From the NCBI GenBank assembly GCA_039920285.1, contig JBDSDX010000001.1, forward strand, positions 150,001-182,000: DNA of 32,000 nucleotides. Direction: 5' to 3'. Below are positions 7,226 to 15,894 of this stretch, piece after piece. Under the pieces are notes generated by a model. The model saw only the letters and a program-made list of their open reading frames with translations. It was not told the DNA's origin and ran no database searches. This DNA comes from Candidatus Saccharimonadota bacterium (GTDB lineage Bacteria > Patescibacteriota > Saccharimonadia > Saccharimonadales > Saccharimonadaceae). The stretch's first letter is position 1, and the number at the start of each line of letters is the position of its first letter. The position numbers were made by a program, and so were the translations under genes.

Positions 7226-9463
7226 CTAATCAAGTATTTTTTTAAGATCCTTCGTTGCTGCGTCGGCCGAAAAGTAATCGACCAGGACGGTTTTAGCATT
7301 AGTTTGGACTTCATTCCAGAGTTTTTTATTGGTGTATAGTTCGGCGACGCCGTGAGCGAAGAGTTCTGGCACGTCCGCTTCTATACAAGACTCGCCATTT
7401 ACGAGGTACATACCTTCTGCACCAATCGATGTGGTGACAACGGGTAAGCCATGTTCAATCGCTTGGCCTATTTTTCCTTTTACGCCTGCGCCGTAGCGAA
7501 GAGGCGCAAGAAACACGCGACTTGTTCGAAGCAATTTGACAAGTTGATCATCTTCAACAAATCCATGTACCTTTACGCCAGTACCTTGAATCTCACGGGA
7601 TAATTCATCCGAAAGATTTGCGCCAACGAGATGAAGTGTGACGGACGGCAATTGTTTTCTGATAAGTGGGAAAATCTCTTTGCTGAGCCATCTTGCCGCA
7701 TCTCTATTTGGAATATGCGCATAGTTACCCACAAAAATGATATCATGTCGTTTTTCGTAGGTACTTTTGTATGATTCTAGATCGAGCGAATGGATGTTCG
7801 ATATGACGGCTAAGTTTGCGTCGACACCACTTGTTCGAAGCATTTCAATCTCTTTTTCACTAACGAGAAGTGTTGTGTCGGCTCTTTGCATAAGACCCTT
7901 TTCAAGCTTTTCGTACCATTTTGATTGTTCGATGAGCGCCTCTGCGTTACTTGACTCAAACTCAGCTTGCCGGGCAAGGCGAACATAATGGAGATCAACA
8001 GTGTCATAAATAACCTTAGCGTTAGTGTAGAGAGTTTTGCAGATGTTAATGTACTTGGCGCATATTTCAGGACGAGACATGATCACTAGATTGTAAGAGT
8101 GACCATAGAGCTTTGAGAATTGCATGAAATCTATATTTCCGTATACGACTTCCACACCCATTTGTTGGAGGTTGTGCGCATAGGGGATTGTTCTTGTCAG
8201 GTTGTTTGGCCAAAAGGTTACTTTGTAGCCAAGTTTCTGTAGACTTTTAATCATAGCGACCATGCGAACAGAACCGGAGTCTTTGTCGGGTGTTGGAAGG
8301 GCTTCTTCGATAATGAGGGCGAGCTTGTCACCTGAACGATCTCGACCTAAATAGTAATCATTGGCAGTAACGTGATCTTTTTTGAGTATTGATCCCCATC
8401 GTTTCAGGAACTTGTCTTTGTTGATTGCTTGGTACTTTTTAAATCCTGTACTCGTACTCGTACCTGCGGTGCCACCTTCAATATGGTAGATTACTGAATC
8501 TGGTTGATAGACGACACGAAGGCCTTCTTTACGGACTTTGAAGCTTAGGTCAGTGTCCTCGTAGTAGGCAGGTTGATACAATGTATCAAAGCCACCAAAC
8601 TTCTTCATAAGACTATGTCTAATGATGATACTCGCCCCTGAGCAGTAGTCGACATCGCGAACATAATTATACTGATATGAATCTGCTTGATCGAATTTAC
8701 CATAATTAAGGCCGTCGGCATCTTTAAAGATAAGACCACCAGCCTCTTGTAGAACGCCGTTCGGATAAATAATCTTAGAACCCACAATACCAATAGACGC
8801 GTCGTTCTCTATCGTGTTGTAGAGCGTAGTAAGCCAGTCTGGAGTGACTTCGGCATCATTGTTAAGGAAGATAACATATTCACCCTTAGCTGCCTCAAAT
8901 CCTGCGTTACAGCCTCCTACGAATCCTAGGTTTTCTTCATTGTGAACATAGACGAGATTTTTGATACGTTTTAATAGGGGGGTCGAATCACTTGATCCAT
9001 TATCGACAAGGATAACCTCGAACGAAGGATTCTTTAATACGTCCAAACGTTCAGCGAGAGAGGTGATACAAGATAAGCTGTAGCCAACCTTATTCCAGGC
9101 AGGAATAACAATACTAATTTTTGGAGAAACCTGTTTTTTAAGAATAATTTTTGCCACCTTTGCTCGAATGACATCATCAGAGGGCTCAATGTGCGTTGAT
9201 GCAGTCGATGGAGTAACTGCAGCACTTCTTGATTGAAGTCGATGTTTTATCTTGCGGGCATATTTTCGTACGGTCACGAGTGTGCGCTTGAGTTTTGGGT
9301 GATCTTTGATTTTTGCATCAACTTTTCGGGCAGTTGCGATAAGGAAAGTATCGGTTACCTGTAGTTTATCTTGTGACCCAGGATCGCCAACTGATAATAG
9401 TCCCAAGCGTTCCTTTGCTTCAAAGAAGTCGCCGTTACTGATTTTTTGGTCGTTAATGCTCAT
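7226..9463 (-). CDS. Bifunctional glycosyltransferase: N-terminal GT2 (GT-A) fused to C-terminal GT1/GT4-type (GT-B) domain
   Basis: 745 aa. GT2 motifs: ISIVIPAWNK...EVILVDNGSSDST...FLNNDAEV...YYEDTDLSFK. GT-B C-terminus: LHLVGAN...LAPLRYGAGVKGKIGQAIEHGLPVVTTSIGAEGM. Confidence 0.85.
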   Translation of the reverse strand: MSINDQKISNGDFFEAKERLGLLSVGDPGSQDKLQVTDTFLIATARKVDAKIKDHPKLKRTLVTVRKYARKIKHRLQSRSAAVTPSTASTHIEPSDDVIRAKVAKIILKKQVSPKISIVIPAWNKVGYSLSCITSLAERLDVLKNPSFEVILVDNGSSDSTPLLKRIKNLVYVHNEENLGFVGGCNAGFEAAKGEYVIFLNNDAEVTPDWLTTLYNTIENDASIGIVGSKIIYPNGVLQEAGGLIFKDADGLNYGKFDQADSYQYNYVRDVDYCSGASIIIRHSLMKKFGGFDTLYQPAYYEDTDLSFKVRKEGLRVVYQPDSVIYHIEGGTAGTSTSTGFKKYQAINKDKFLKRWGSILKKDHVTANDYYLGRDRSGDKLALIIEEALPTPDKDSGSVRMVAMIKSLQKLGYKVTFWPNNLTRTIPYAHNLQQMGVEVVYGNIDFMQFSKLYGHSYNLVIMSRPEICAKYINICKTLYTNAKVIYDTVDLHYVRLARQAEFESSNAEALIEQSKWYEKLEKGLMQRADTTLLVSEKEIEMLRTSGVDANLAVISNIHSLDLESYKSTYEKRHDIIFVGNYAHIPNRDAARWLSKEIFPLIRKQLPSVTLHLVGANLSDELSREIQGTGVKVHGFVEDDQLVKLLRTSRVFLAPLRYGAGVKGKIGQAIEHGLPVVTTSIGAEGMYLVNGESCIEADVPELFAHGVAELYTNKKLWNEVQTNAKTVLVDYFSADAATKDLKKILD

Positions 9464-11904
9464 TATAGTAATCCCTCTTTCTTGAGTGCGCGTATGTGGT
9501 GTTTCGGTAAGTTACCTTTTGTCCAGGTACTGACATCATTGCTTGCTCGAATTCTATAATACAGCATATCGTCTGTTGGATTGTTCAGGTCTTGATACCA
9601 TGGCTCATGGTGCATGGCGTATTTCCCCGCTACTCTAATACTCGGTGACAAGAACCATTCTGTCCCACCTCTATAGATCGCAAGCGTTGTATCGAGATCC
9701 GCTGCAAACACATCTTTTTTAAGTAAGAGAGAGCTGTCCCAAAATCTTGACTCCCAATCTATCACGGCTTGTTTCATTTGATAGTGTTCGGGTATATCGT
9801 CAATTTTTAGAGCAACACCAACTTTGTCGTAGTCGGGAAATTTTTGAAGCAATGAATAGAGATGTTTAATTGTATCCTTTGGTGTTTGTTCGGTAGGTAT
9901 GATGTCGGGGTCTGAGAGTATATAAGGAAGGCCTTTTGTTAAAAATCTCACCGCGAAACTCTCCCACGGTGCTTTATGTAGGCCGTTACGCCCAAGAGGA
10001 ATGACCTGGTATGGAGTATGTGCGAAAAGATGCAATAATTCAGGGTTTGTAGAGTCGTTATCGACGAATGCTATCTTTTTTTGTTCGGCACTCTCTAGCC
10101 ATTTCACCAATGTTACTAAAGGATCAAATCTATCTCGTGTATTTATAATGACAGGGAAGTTTTTGATGGGGGCTTTGGTTGAGGGAAGAATCGAATGTGC
10201 CGTTGACGGTAACTCGTCACTTGTGGTCAGCTGATGTCTACTTATTGTCTTTCTAAGCTTGCTTATTATTCGAGACAAATGAAGGACGCGAAGGGTCTTT
10301 TTTACGTGCCACCTCGCACTATTGTTGAGTACTGTGTAGTGCGATTCAGGTGTCTTTATATTGAGTGAGAGATTTTTAGTGGAGACGGTTATACGGGCAA
10401 CGGGCTTGCAGTCCATGACACACCAATTAATGAAACCTCCAATTACGGATGTATTGAGTGAGTTGATAGTTTTATGTATGTCGAGATAGTTCACCAGGTC
10501 ATTTTTCCTAATAAGAACAAGATGAACATTTTTGCCATTCACGAATGCGAGATCACTCTTGAAGATTGTTTTTGCTTTATCAACGACAATCGCTGCATCA
10601 TTTGCGACGATTGATCTGTAGGCGCGTACAAGATCGCTGCTCATTTTTTCGCTATCAGCATTGTGGATTTCTTCAACAGTGCGAAATAATAAAAATTCTG
10701 TATTTGTGCACATAAAACCAAAATCGTATGGTGATAGTTTGAAATTTTGTTTGTCGATAACAACCTGAATAGTTGTGAATATACTTTTTGGAATCTTTTC
10801 GATTGGTATACGACTTACTATTACTATTTCTGATGGAACACTTTTTAACGCAAGTATTTTCTTGATTGATTTTAGCGTCTCTTCACTGTTCGAATTCGTT
10901 GCATCAATGACTATCGAGTAAGCAAGAGGCTGTTCATTAAAGAGAACACTACTGTAGCTGAAGTTGGGACTAATGGAGAAAGTCTTGCGTCGTGAACGGA
11001 TTGTACCCAAGAAATAAATAAGATTCCACACAGTCGACCGTACTCTAGCTTTGTGAATAGCTTCAGTCTTCGAACGATCTTTTAGATAAACCCATAATGA
11101 TCTTCGAAAGTTTCTAAAGTATGTCTTCTTGAAGTCCTTCAGTAAGCTTTTGTCAAAGTTCTTATAAGCAAAAATAAATTGGTTTTTTAGCATCAGATAG
11201 TAATACATGAAACGTTTGTTGCGAGTTGATGCTCCGTCTTTATGCCAAATGATGAATGCTGGGTTATAGACAACGCGGAGTCCAGCCCTGAGGTAACGAG
11301 CAAATAAATCAGTTTCTTCGTAATATGCAAAGAATCTTTCGTCAAAATAACCGTATGCATCTATGGCGGTTTTTTTAATCATGACACCAGACCCGGATAC
11401 GGTCGGCGCATCGATTATTGAGCCTGGATCTACCTTGTAGGAAAGTACGTCGGCAGTGACTGGATCGATTCGCTGGAATGAATAGAAGTTGTGGGTTTTT
11501 TGACCATCTTCATCAATCGAATACGAACGGCTGCCGACAACGGCGATTTTTTCGTCACTTTCGAACGTCTTAAGGCATACGTCGAGGGCATCGGGGTGAA
11601 TGAGAGCATCATTATTGAGTAGGAGAATGTAGTCACCGTGACAGTAAGGCAGTGCTGATATTTCACCACCAGCAAAGCCCATATTCACAGGATTCTTTAC
11701 GAGTTGGATATTTTTAGACACCCGTTTTTCAAGTGCTTTGAGTGACCCAGATGAGCCGTTATCAACTATAACGACTTCATATTCTTTATACTTTAGCGAC
11801 CTCACAGAATCGAGACAGTTCAGTGTGTCTTCGAGACCGTTCCAGTTGAGAATAACAATGGAAACAAGTGGCCTTTTTTTTCTCGCAGTTATTATTTTAG
11901 CCAT
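9463..11904 (-). CDS. Large multidomain glycosyltransferase: N-terminal GT2 plus two further GT-A-like or uncharacterised modules
   Basis: 813 aa. N-terminal GT2: LVSIVILNWNGLEDTLNCLDSV...VVIVDNGSS...LLNNDA...YYEETDLFAR. Central module: YSIVIDATNSNSEETLKSI...IVIVSR. C-terminal module: FPVIINTRDRFDPLVTLVKWLE...IAFVDNDSTNPELL...ILSDPDIIP...HHEPWY. Confidence 0.75.
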   Translation of the reverse strand: MAKIITARKKRPLVSIVILNWNGLEDTLNCLDSVRSLKYKEYEVVIVDNGSSGSLKALEKRVSKNIQLVKNPVNMGFAGGEISALPYCHGDYILLLNNDALIHPDALDVCLKTFESDEKIAVVGSRSYSIDEDGQKTHNFYSFQRIDPVTADVLSYKVDPGSIIDAPTVSGSGVMIKKTAIDAYGYFDERFFAYYEETDLFARYLRAGLRVVYNPAFIIWHKDGASTRNKRFMYYYLMLKNQFIFAYKNFDKSLLKDFKKTYFRNFRRSLWVYLKDRSKTEAIHKARVRSTVWNLIYFLGTIRSRRKTFSISPNFSYSSVLFNEQPLAYSIVIDATNSNSEETLKSIKKILALKSVPSEIVIVSRIPIEKIPKSIFTTIQVVIDKQNFKLSPYDFGFMCTNTEFLLFRTVEEIHNADSEKMSSDLVRAYRSIVANDAAIVVDKAKTIFKSDLAFVNGKNVHLVLIRKNDLVNYLDIHKTINSLNTSVIGGFINWCVMDCKPVARITVSTKNLSLNIKTPESHYTVLNNSARWHVKKTLRVLHLSRIISKLRKTISRHQLTTSDELPSTAHSILPSTKAPIKNFPVIINTRDRFDPLVTLVKWLESAEQKKIAFVDNDSTNPELLHLFAHTPYQVIPLGRNGLHKAPWESFAVRFLTKGLPYILSDPDIIPTEQTPKDTIKHLYSLLQKFPDYDKVGVALKIDDIPEHYQMKQAVIDWESRFWDSSLLLKKDVFAADLDTTLAIYRGGTEWFLSPSIRVAGKYAMHHEPWYQDLNNPTDDMLYYRIRASNDVSTWTKGNLPKHHIRALKKEGLL

Positions 11905-11918
11905 AGATTACTACTGTA

Positions 11919-11927
11919 ATTATAACA
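11919..11927 (-). promoter_or_regulatory. Extended -10 promoter TGTTATAAT, 14 nt upstream of the ATG of the 813-aa glycosyltransferase
   Basis: The minus strand of the 36-bp gap reads ...ccctaTGTTATAATtacagtagtaatctATG, with no Shine-Dalgarno sequence in between. Confidence 0.55.
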
Positions 11928-11940
11928 TAGGGCCGAGCAA

Positions 11941-14367
11941 TTAATACATGACTGAGCCGGTTGAAAAGTTCTCCGCAGTATAAGGAGACACTGAGATTAC
12001 CTGGTCGAGCGTACCGCCAAGGCTATTAAATACAGTTGGTGACAATGCGTGTTTTTGACCACCAGTAATGTAGTATATCGTTGGCGTATTATCGATACGC
12101 ATGAATTGAGTTGCATTGCGTGTAGGGTTGATAGTTGCAAGGGTAGTGATTGAAACAGAAGTCGGTGCATTTAAAGATGACGTATAGGCAGTGTGGAGGC
12201 TATTTGGGATCCAGAACCTAAGTCCATTGCTGACGAGCCACCATGCGTCGTCTGGGGTTACAATAACGTACGAAGTATTACTCCCTGAAGTATATGCAGT
12301 TGGTGTGTTGGCAGTTACTACTCTTACGCTCGCCCAGTTAAACTTAAAAGCGTCAAACATAAAACCTGTTGGTATTGCGTGTGGTTTATTGTCATAGCCA
12401 AAAACATAAACTGTCGGTTGTCCATCGACTCTAAAGAGCAAACCTGGTAGTAAAATCGATCTATATTTGTTTGTAAGTAAGTTTGCGACAGTATTATTCG
12501 AGAGCGATAGTATATTTGCGGAGTTGTAACCAAGTGCGACAAAGTCATTGCCAGTTTGTATGTGGACGATCTCGCCGTTAGTTACTTTGTAGACCATGGG
12601 TCCGCCATCGATCGAGAGAAGGAGATCTCCGGATGTTGTCACGGTAGAAAATCTACTCAGGTAAACATCTTCAACCAATGTAAAGTCTGAAGGGGTTTTG
12701 TTCATCGCGAGCATTTGGGCATTCGTAAGGTGGATTTTTTTCGTAGTGTCCGTTATGAATAGATCACCAACGCCGTTCTTGACTAGTAATGTAATAGGCA
12801 CCGCTGCATCACTTGTTAATTGATTTATTACGGTTGACGAATTAAGGAATGGACTTTGTGCGACACTCTTTGCAGTGTTCGCTTCGATGGTTCGTACCGC
12901 GGCACCACTTTGTGTAATGACCGATGTTACGTTTGTGTCAGTCGTCTTAACAATCGTACCGGCAGCAAGTATTGGGGCACCCTCTGTGAGACTATTAAAC
13001 AAGTAGTTGGTGAGTGGGCTTATGGTCTTGGTGCTATAGCCGCCAGACTGATAAATACTTGGGCCACCTATATAACGTTTGCGTCCTCCTTCGATAGAGT
13101 AGAGGTCAAAACCTGTTTGACTCCGCACGACAGTCGTCAGTGCAGTTCCTGTGGGGATGAGACTCTCCAGCTCGGACGAAAGGTTTCCTTCAGCTGGCGA
13201 TCCGTAGGCGACCCATGTTGCATTGTCGTAGTAATGTTTCTGACCACCGTTTATCAAATAGATCGAAGAGCCACTATTAAATCGTACGGTATTCGGTAGG
13301 TTACCCATGAATGTCATGTCATTGAAGACATTTTTACTTGTATTGTAATAAGTTTTAATGGTGCTCCCGTAGCCGAGTCCAGTCAGTTGATCACCGTTCG
13401 TAATGTAATAGTAAGTATCGCCGGCGCCCCGTACATACATCTTGCCATCCTCGTAGGTGCGGATGATTGTGCCCTTTGTTGAACCAAACCAGTCACTATA
13501 GACTCTCCAAAAATTCCTATTTCCGTACGCACTACATCCGTCACCGGTTCCGTATAGATTCGCAAGTGCGGCTTGGTTTGGTTGGTAGGGGGTGTAGGTA
13601 TATAAAGCTGCTGTCGCCTTATTTTGAATATACACACCGCTTGAACCACAATTAGTTTGGCTTACATTCCAGAGGATTGTGTTAACTTGATAGGGCTTCT
13701 TGTATGTCCACCATGACTGATCCATGTTGTCCAAATAACCGCGTATCAATGAAGCCGCCTCGCTTATTTGAATTGAAAAACCCGAGTAGTTTGGATCACA
13801 GTTTGCACTACCGCCGGGTCCACTATCCGGGCAATGTGCTCCCATTGCGTAGTTGTATTGTTTTTTGAATGGCCACGGATCTGAGTTTAGCGGTCCAGCT
13901 GATTCTGTACCCAATTTAACAAGTAAAACCGCCGGACTGATGTTATATTTTTGACTTGCATCAGAGATCATTTGAGCTGCACTTTTTGCACCACTAGGTA
14001 TGGCAACTCCACCGTAATTACTGGCTGGTACATCAGGTCCGGGAGTTAACTTTGGCACTTCGTAATAATCTTTAAGGCAGGTGAATGGTGCCGGGTTTCC
14101 GTGAGTGGCACCATACTGCGCTCTTGTTCCACCGCCGAGCTCTGATGTCGAGGTACCGTTAGTGTCACAACTTGGCATCTGGGAATTTAAAAAGTCTTGA
14201 ATTTGACTGACAGTTAGTCGGCTTGTGTCGGTAAAGATAGTATCATCAATGATGTTTCCAGCATCCCAGTCTGAACCACTTACCGCGCCAGCATCTCTCT
14301 GAAGAATACCAGAAGGTATTATGAGTGTGAGTGCTACAAGAGCGATGAGGACAGTGCGTTTTATCAC
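11941..14367 (-). CDS. Secreted or cell-surface protein: signal peptide, approx. 300-aa Cys-containing N-terminal domain (possible wall/glycan hydrolase-like), then tandem degenerate repeats
   Basis: 808 aa with a GTG start. N-terminal hydrophobic signal MIKRTVLIALVALTLIIPSG. The N-domain contains WDAGNIIDDTIF...IQDFLN...GGGTRAQYG...FTCLKDYY...SAAQMISDASQKYNISPAVLLVKLGTESAG, which I recognise loosely from secreted Gram-positive proteins. The exact function is not established. Confidence 0.8.
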   Translation of the reverse strand: MIKRTVLIALVALTLIIPSGILQRDAGAVSGSDWDAGNIIDDTIFTDTSRLTVSQIQDFLNSQMPSCDTNGTSTSELGGGTRAQYGATHGNPAPFTCLKDYYEVPKLTPGPDVPASNYGGVAIPSGAKSAAQMISDASQKYNISPAVLLVKLGTESAGPLNSDPWPFKKQYNYAMGAHCPDSGPGGSANCDPNYSGFSIQISEAASLIRGYLDNMDQSWWTYKKPYQVNTILWNVSQTNCGSSGVYIQNKATAALYTYTPYQPNQAALANLYGTGDGCSAYGNRNFWRVYSDWFGSTKGTIIRTYEDGKMYVRGAGDTYYYITNGDQLTGLGYGSTIKTYYNTSKNVFNDMTFMGNLPNTVRFNSGSSIYLINGGQKHYYDNATWVAYGSPAEGNLSSELESLIPTGTALTTVVRSQTGFDLYSIEGGRKRYIGGPSIYQSGGYSTKTISPLTNYLFNSLTEGAPILAAGTIVKTTDTNVTSVITQSGAAVRTIEANTAKSVAQSPFLNSSTVINQLTSDAAVPITLLVKNGVGDLFITDTTKKIHLTNAQMLAMNKTPSDFTLVEDVYLSRFSTVTTSGDLLLSIDGGPMVYKVTNGEIVHIQTGNDFVALGYNSANILSLSNNTVANLLTNKYRSILLPGLLFRVDGQPTVYVFGYDNKPHAIPTGFMFDAFKFNWASVRVVTANTPTAYTSGSNTSYVIVTPDDAWWLVSNGLRFWIPNSLHTAYTSSLNAPTSVSITTLATINPTRNATQFMRIDNTPTIYYITGGQKHALSPTVFNSLGGTLDQVISVSPYTAENFSTGSVMY
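11944..13470 (-). repeat. About nine degenerate approx. 55-aa tandem protein repeats in the C-terminal two-thirds of the 808-aa protein
   Basis: A recurring pattern of a hydrophobic-Y-x-I/V-x-x-G-x-K/R-H/R-x-I core followed by a G-Y/G segment. Examples: SIYLINGGQKHYYDNATWVAYG, LYSIEGGRKRYIGGPSIYQSGG, VYKVTNGEIVHIQTGNDFVALG, VYVFGYDNKPHAIPTGFMFDAF, WWLVSNGLRFWIPNSLHTAY, IYYITGGQKHALSPTVFNSLGG. The repeat is visible at protein level only; there is no DNA-level identity. Confidence 0.6.
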
Positions 14368-14369
14368 GA

Positions 14370-14909
14370 CTAGTTAACCTTGTATGAAATGTTTGTTGTT
14401 CCTGTGTAGGATGTTTGTCCACTTAGGACGGACAGATTTATATTCCAATCTCCTGCACCGAGTTGCGTTGCTTCAGGCATCGTAATAGTAAAGCCTGCAC
14501 ATGATGAATACTCATCTTGATATAGAACATCTGCAGATTTAGACAACTTATTACTACCCTGTGTCACCGTAAGCGTACAAGTACCTCCGGTTATTGACAT
14601 AAGTTTCGTGAACACCGTGACAGATCCATTGGATTCTTTTTGCGCAGAAATAGTTACAGAGCTAGACGGAGTACTCGTCGATCCGTTATTAGTTGAACTG
14701 CCATCAGAATTCGTATTCTCTATAAAGTCTTTCTTCCCTTCATTGTTTGTTTCCTGCGCCTTTTTGGTTGCTTCGGGATTAGATTGACTGGCGTCGGGTT
14801 GTTTGTAAAGAGCAAAAACCGTCAGACCTGCAGCTATAATAAGCAGGGTAGCGACCGTAGAAATGATAATGGCTTTCTTGCGATTCTTTTTTGTTTTACG
14901 TAGCTTCAT
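14370..14909 (-). CDS. Small membrane-anchored surface protein (N-terminal TM anchor, S/T/N-rich linker, beta-rich C-terminal domain with two Cys)
   Basis: Preferred start is ATG 14909 (MKLRKTKKNRKKAIIISTVATLLIIAAGLTVFALY...). The ORF-track TTG start at 14960 adds a non-protein-like leader and coincides with a TTGCAT -35-like hexamer. The stop lies 2 nt before the GTG of the 808-aa gene. Confidence 0.65.
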   Translation of the reverse strand: MKLRKTKKNRKKAIIISTVATLLIIAAGLTVFALYKQPDASQSNPEATKKAQETNNEGKKDFIENTNSDGSSTNNGSTSTPSSSVTISAQKESNGSVTVFTKLMSITGGTCTLTVTQGSNKLSKSADVLYQDEYSSCAGFTITMPEATQLGAGDWNINLSVLSGQTSYTGTTNISYKVN

Positions 14910-15033
14910 AGCATATTTTCCTATAACCATATTTAACCATAAATAGTATGGGTAATGCAACCTCCTAACGCTTTAAGCAGGACAAAATAGAAGGTCCTGA
15001 TAGCCTGTTGAGAATTTGCTTGGTATGCTTTTA

Positions 15034-15894
15034 TTATTTCAATAAATCGTACAAGTACTTGCCATACCCAGATTTTGCCAAAGGTTCAGCGAGCTTTCGA
15101 AGTTGGTCGTCATTAATAAATCCTTGACGCCAAGCTATCTCCTCAACGGAGCCGATGTTTAGACCTGTTCGGTTTTGGACAACACGAATATAGTCAGCGG
15201 CATCAACCATTGAATCAATAGTCCCTGTATCAAGCCAGACTGACCCACGATCCATAATACGAACCTGTAGTTTCTTCTGTTTGAGATACGCATCCATAAC
15301 TTCGGTGATTTCAATCTCACCGCGTGCACTTGGTTTGATTGACTTAGCAATTTCGGGTACATCGTTGTCGAAGAAATAAAGTCCGACAAGCGCGTAGTCA
15401 GATTTTGGATTTGTTGGCTTTTCTTCAACTGAAAGAACGGTCATATTATCGTCAAAATCAACAACACCGTAACGCTCGGGGTCAGCGACTTGGTACGCAA
15501 AAACAATACCACCATCGGGATCTGTGCATTTCTTTAGTTCATTGCCAAAGTCTGAGCCGTGAAATAAGTTATCGCCAAGAATGAGCGCAACCTTATCGTT
15601 ACCAATAAATTCTTCACCGATAATAAATGCATCAGCTAGTCCGCGAGGCTCTTCTTGAACTGCATAGGTAAAGCTACAGCCGTACCGAGATCCGTCACCA
15701 AGTAGTCGTACGAACCCCTCGTTATCATGCGGTGTGGTAATGATAAGGATGTCGTTTATACCAGCACCAAGAAGCGTCGATATCGGATAATAAATCATCG
15801 GTTTATCATAGATAGGCATTAACTGCTTACTAATTCCCATGGTTATAGGATACAAACGCGTACCCGAGCCACCCGCTAAAATTATTCCCTTCAT
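15034..15894 (-). CDS. rmlA: Glucose-1-phosphate thymidylyltransferase
   Basis: 286 aa. [18 protein letters not shown]...[15 protein letters not shown]...LGDNLF is the canonical RmlA/RfbA pattern. The start overlaps the yfhO-like stop (ATGA). Confidence 0.95.
   Translation of the reverse strand: MKGIILAGGSGTRLYPITMGISKQLMPIYDKPMIYYPISTLLGAGINDILIITTPHDNEGFVRLLGDGSRYGCSFTYAVQEEPRGLADAFIIGEEFIGNDKVALILGDNLFHGSDFGNELKKCTDPDGGIVFAYQVADPERYGVVDFDDNMTVLSVEEKPTNPKSDYALVGLYFFDNDVPEIAKSIKPSARGEIEITEVMDAYLKQKKLQVRIMDRGSVWLDTGTIDSMVDAADYIRVVQNRTGLNIGSVEEIAWRQGFINDDQLRKLAEPLAKSGYGKYLYDLLK

Noticed and set aside
12856-13299. 147-aa plus-strand ORF inside the 808-aa surface-protein gene (also 12191-12397 and 13467-13655)
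   Set aside because: It is antisense to the long continuous minus-strand frame that carries a signal peptide and repeats. It is Cys/Arg-rich and looks like a shadow ORF.
14910-14966. TTG start at 14960 immediately preceded by AGGAGG (14961-14966) for the small surface protein
   Set aside because: The AGGAGG abuts the TTG with zero spacing, so it cannot act as its SD. The extra 17 residues (MHYPYYLWLNMVIGKYA) precede a typical basic-then-TM signal anchor that starts at ATG 14909. TTGCAT here more plausibly serves as a -35 element.
14978-14999. Hairpin CAGGAC-N10-GTCCTG downstream of rmlA (minus-strand direction) as a possible terminator
   Set aside because: The stem is only 6 bp with a 10-nt loop, and no U-tract follows it on the minus strand. 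It is too weak to call a terminator, though it may be a minor processing or attenuation element.
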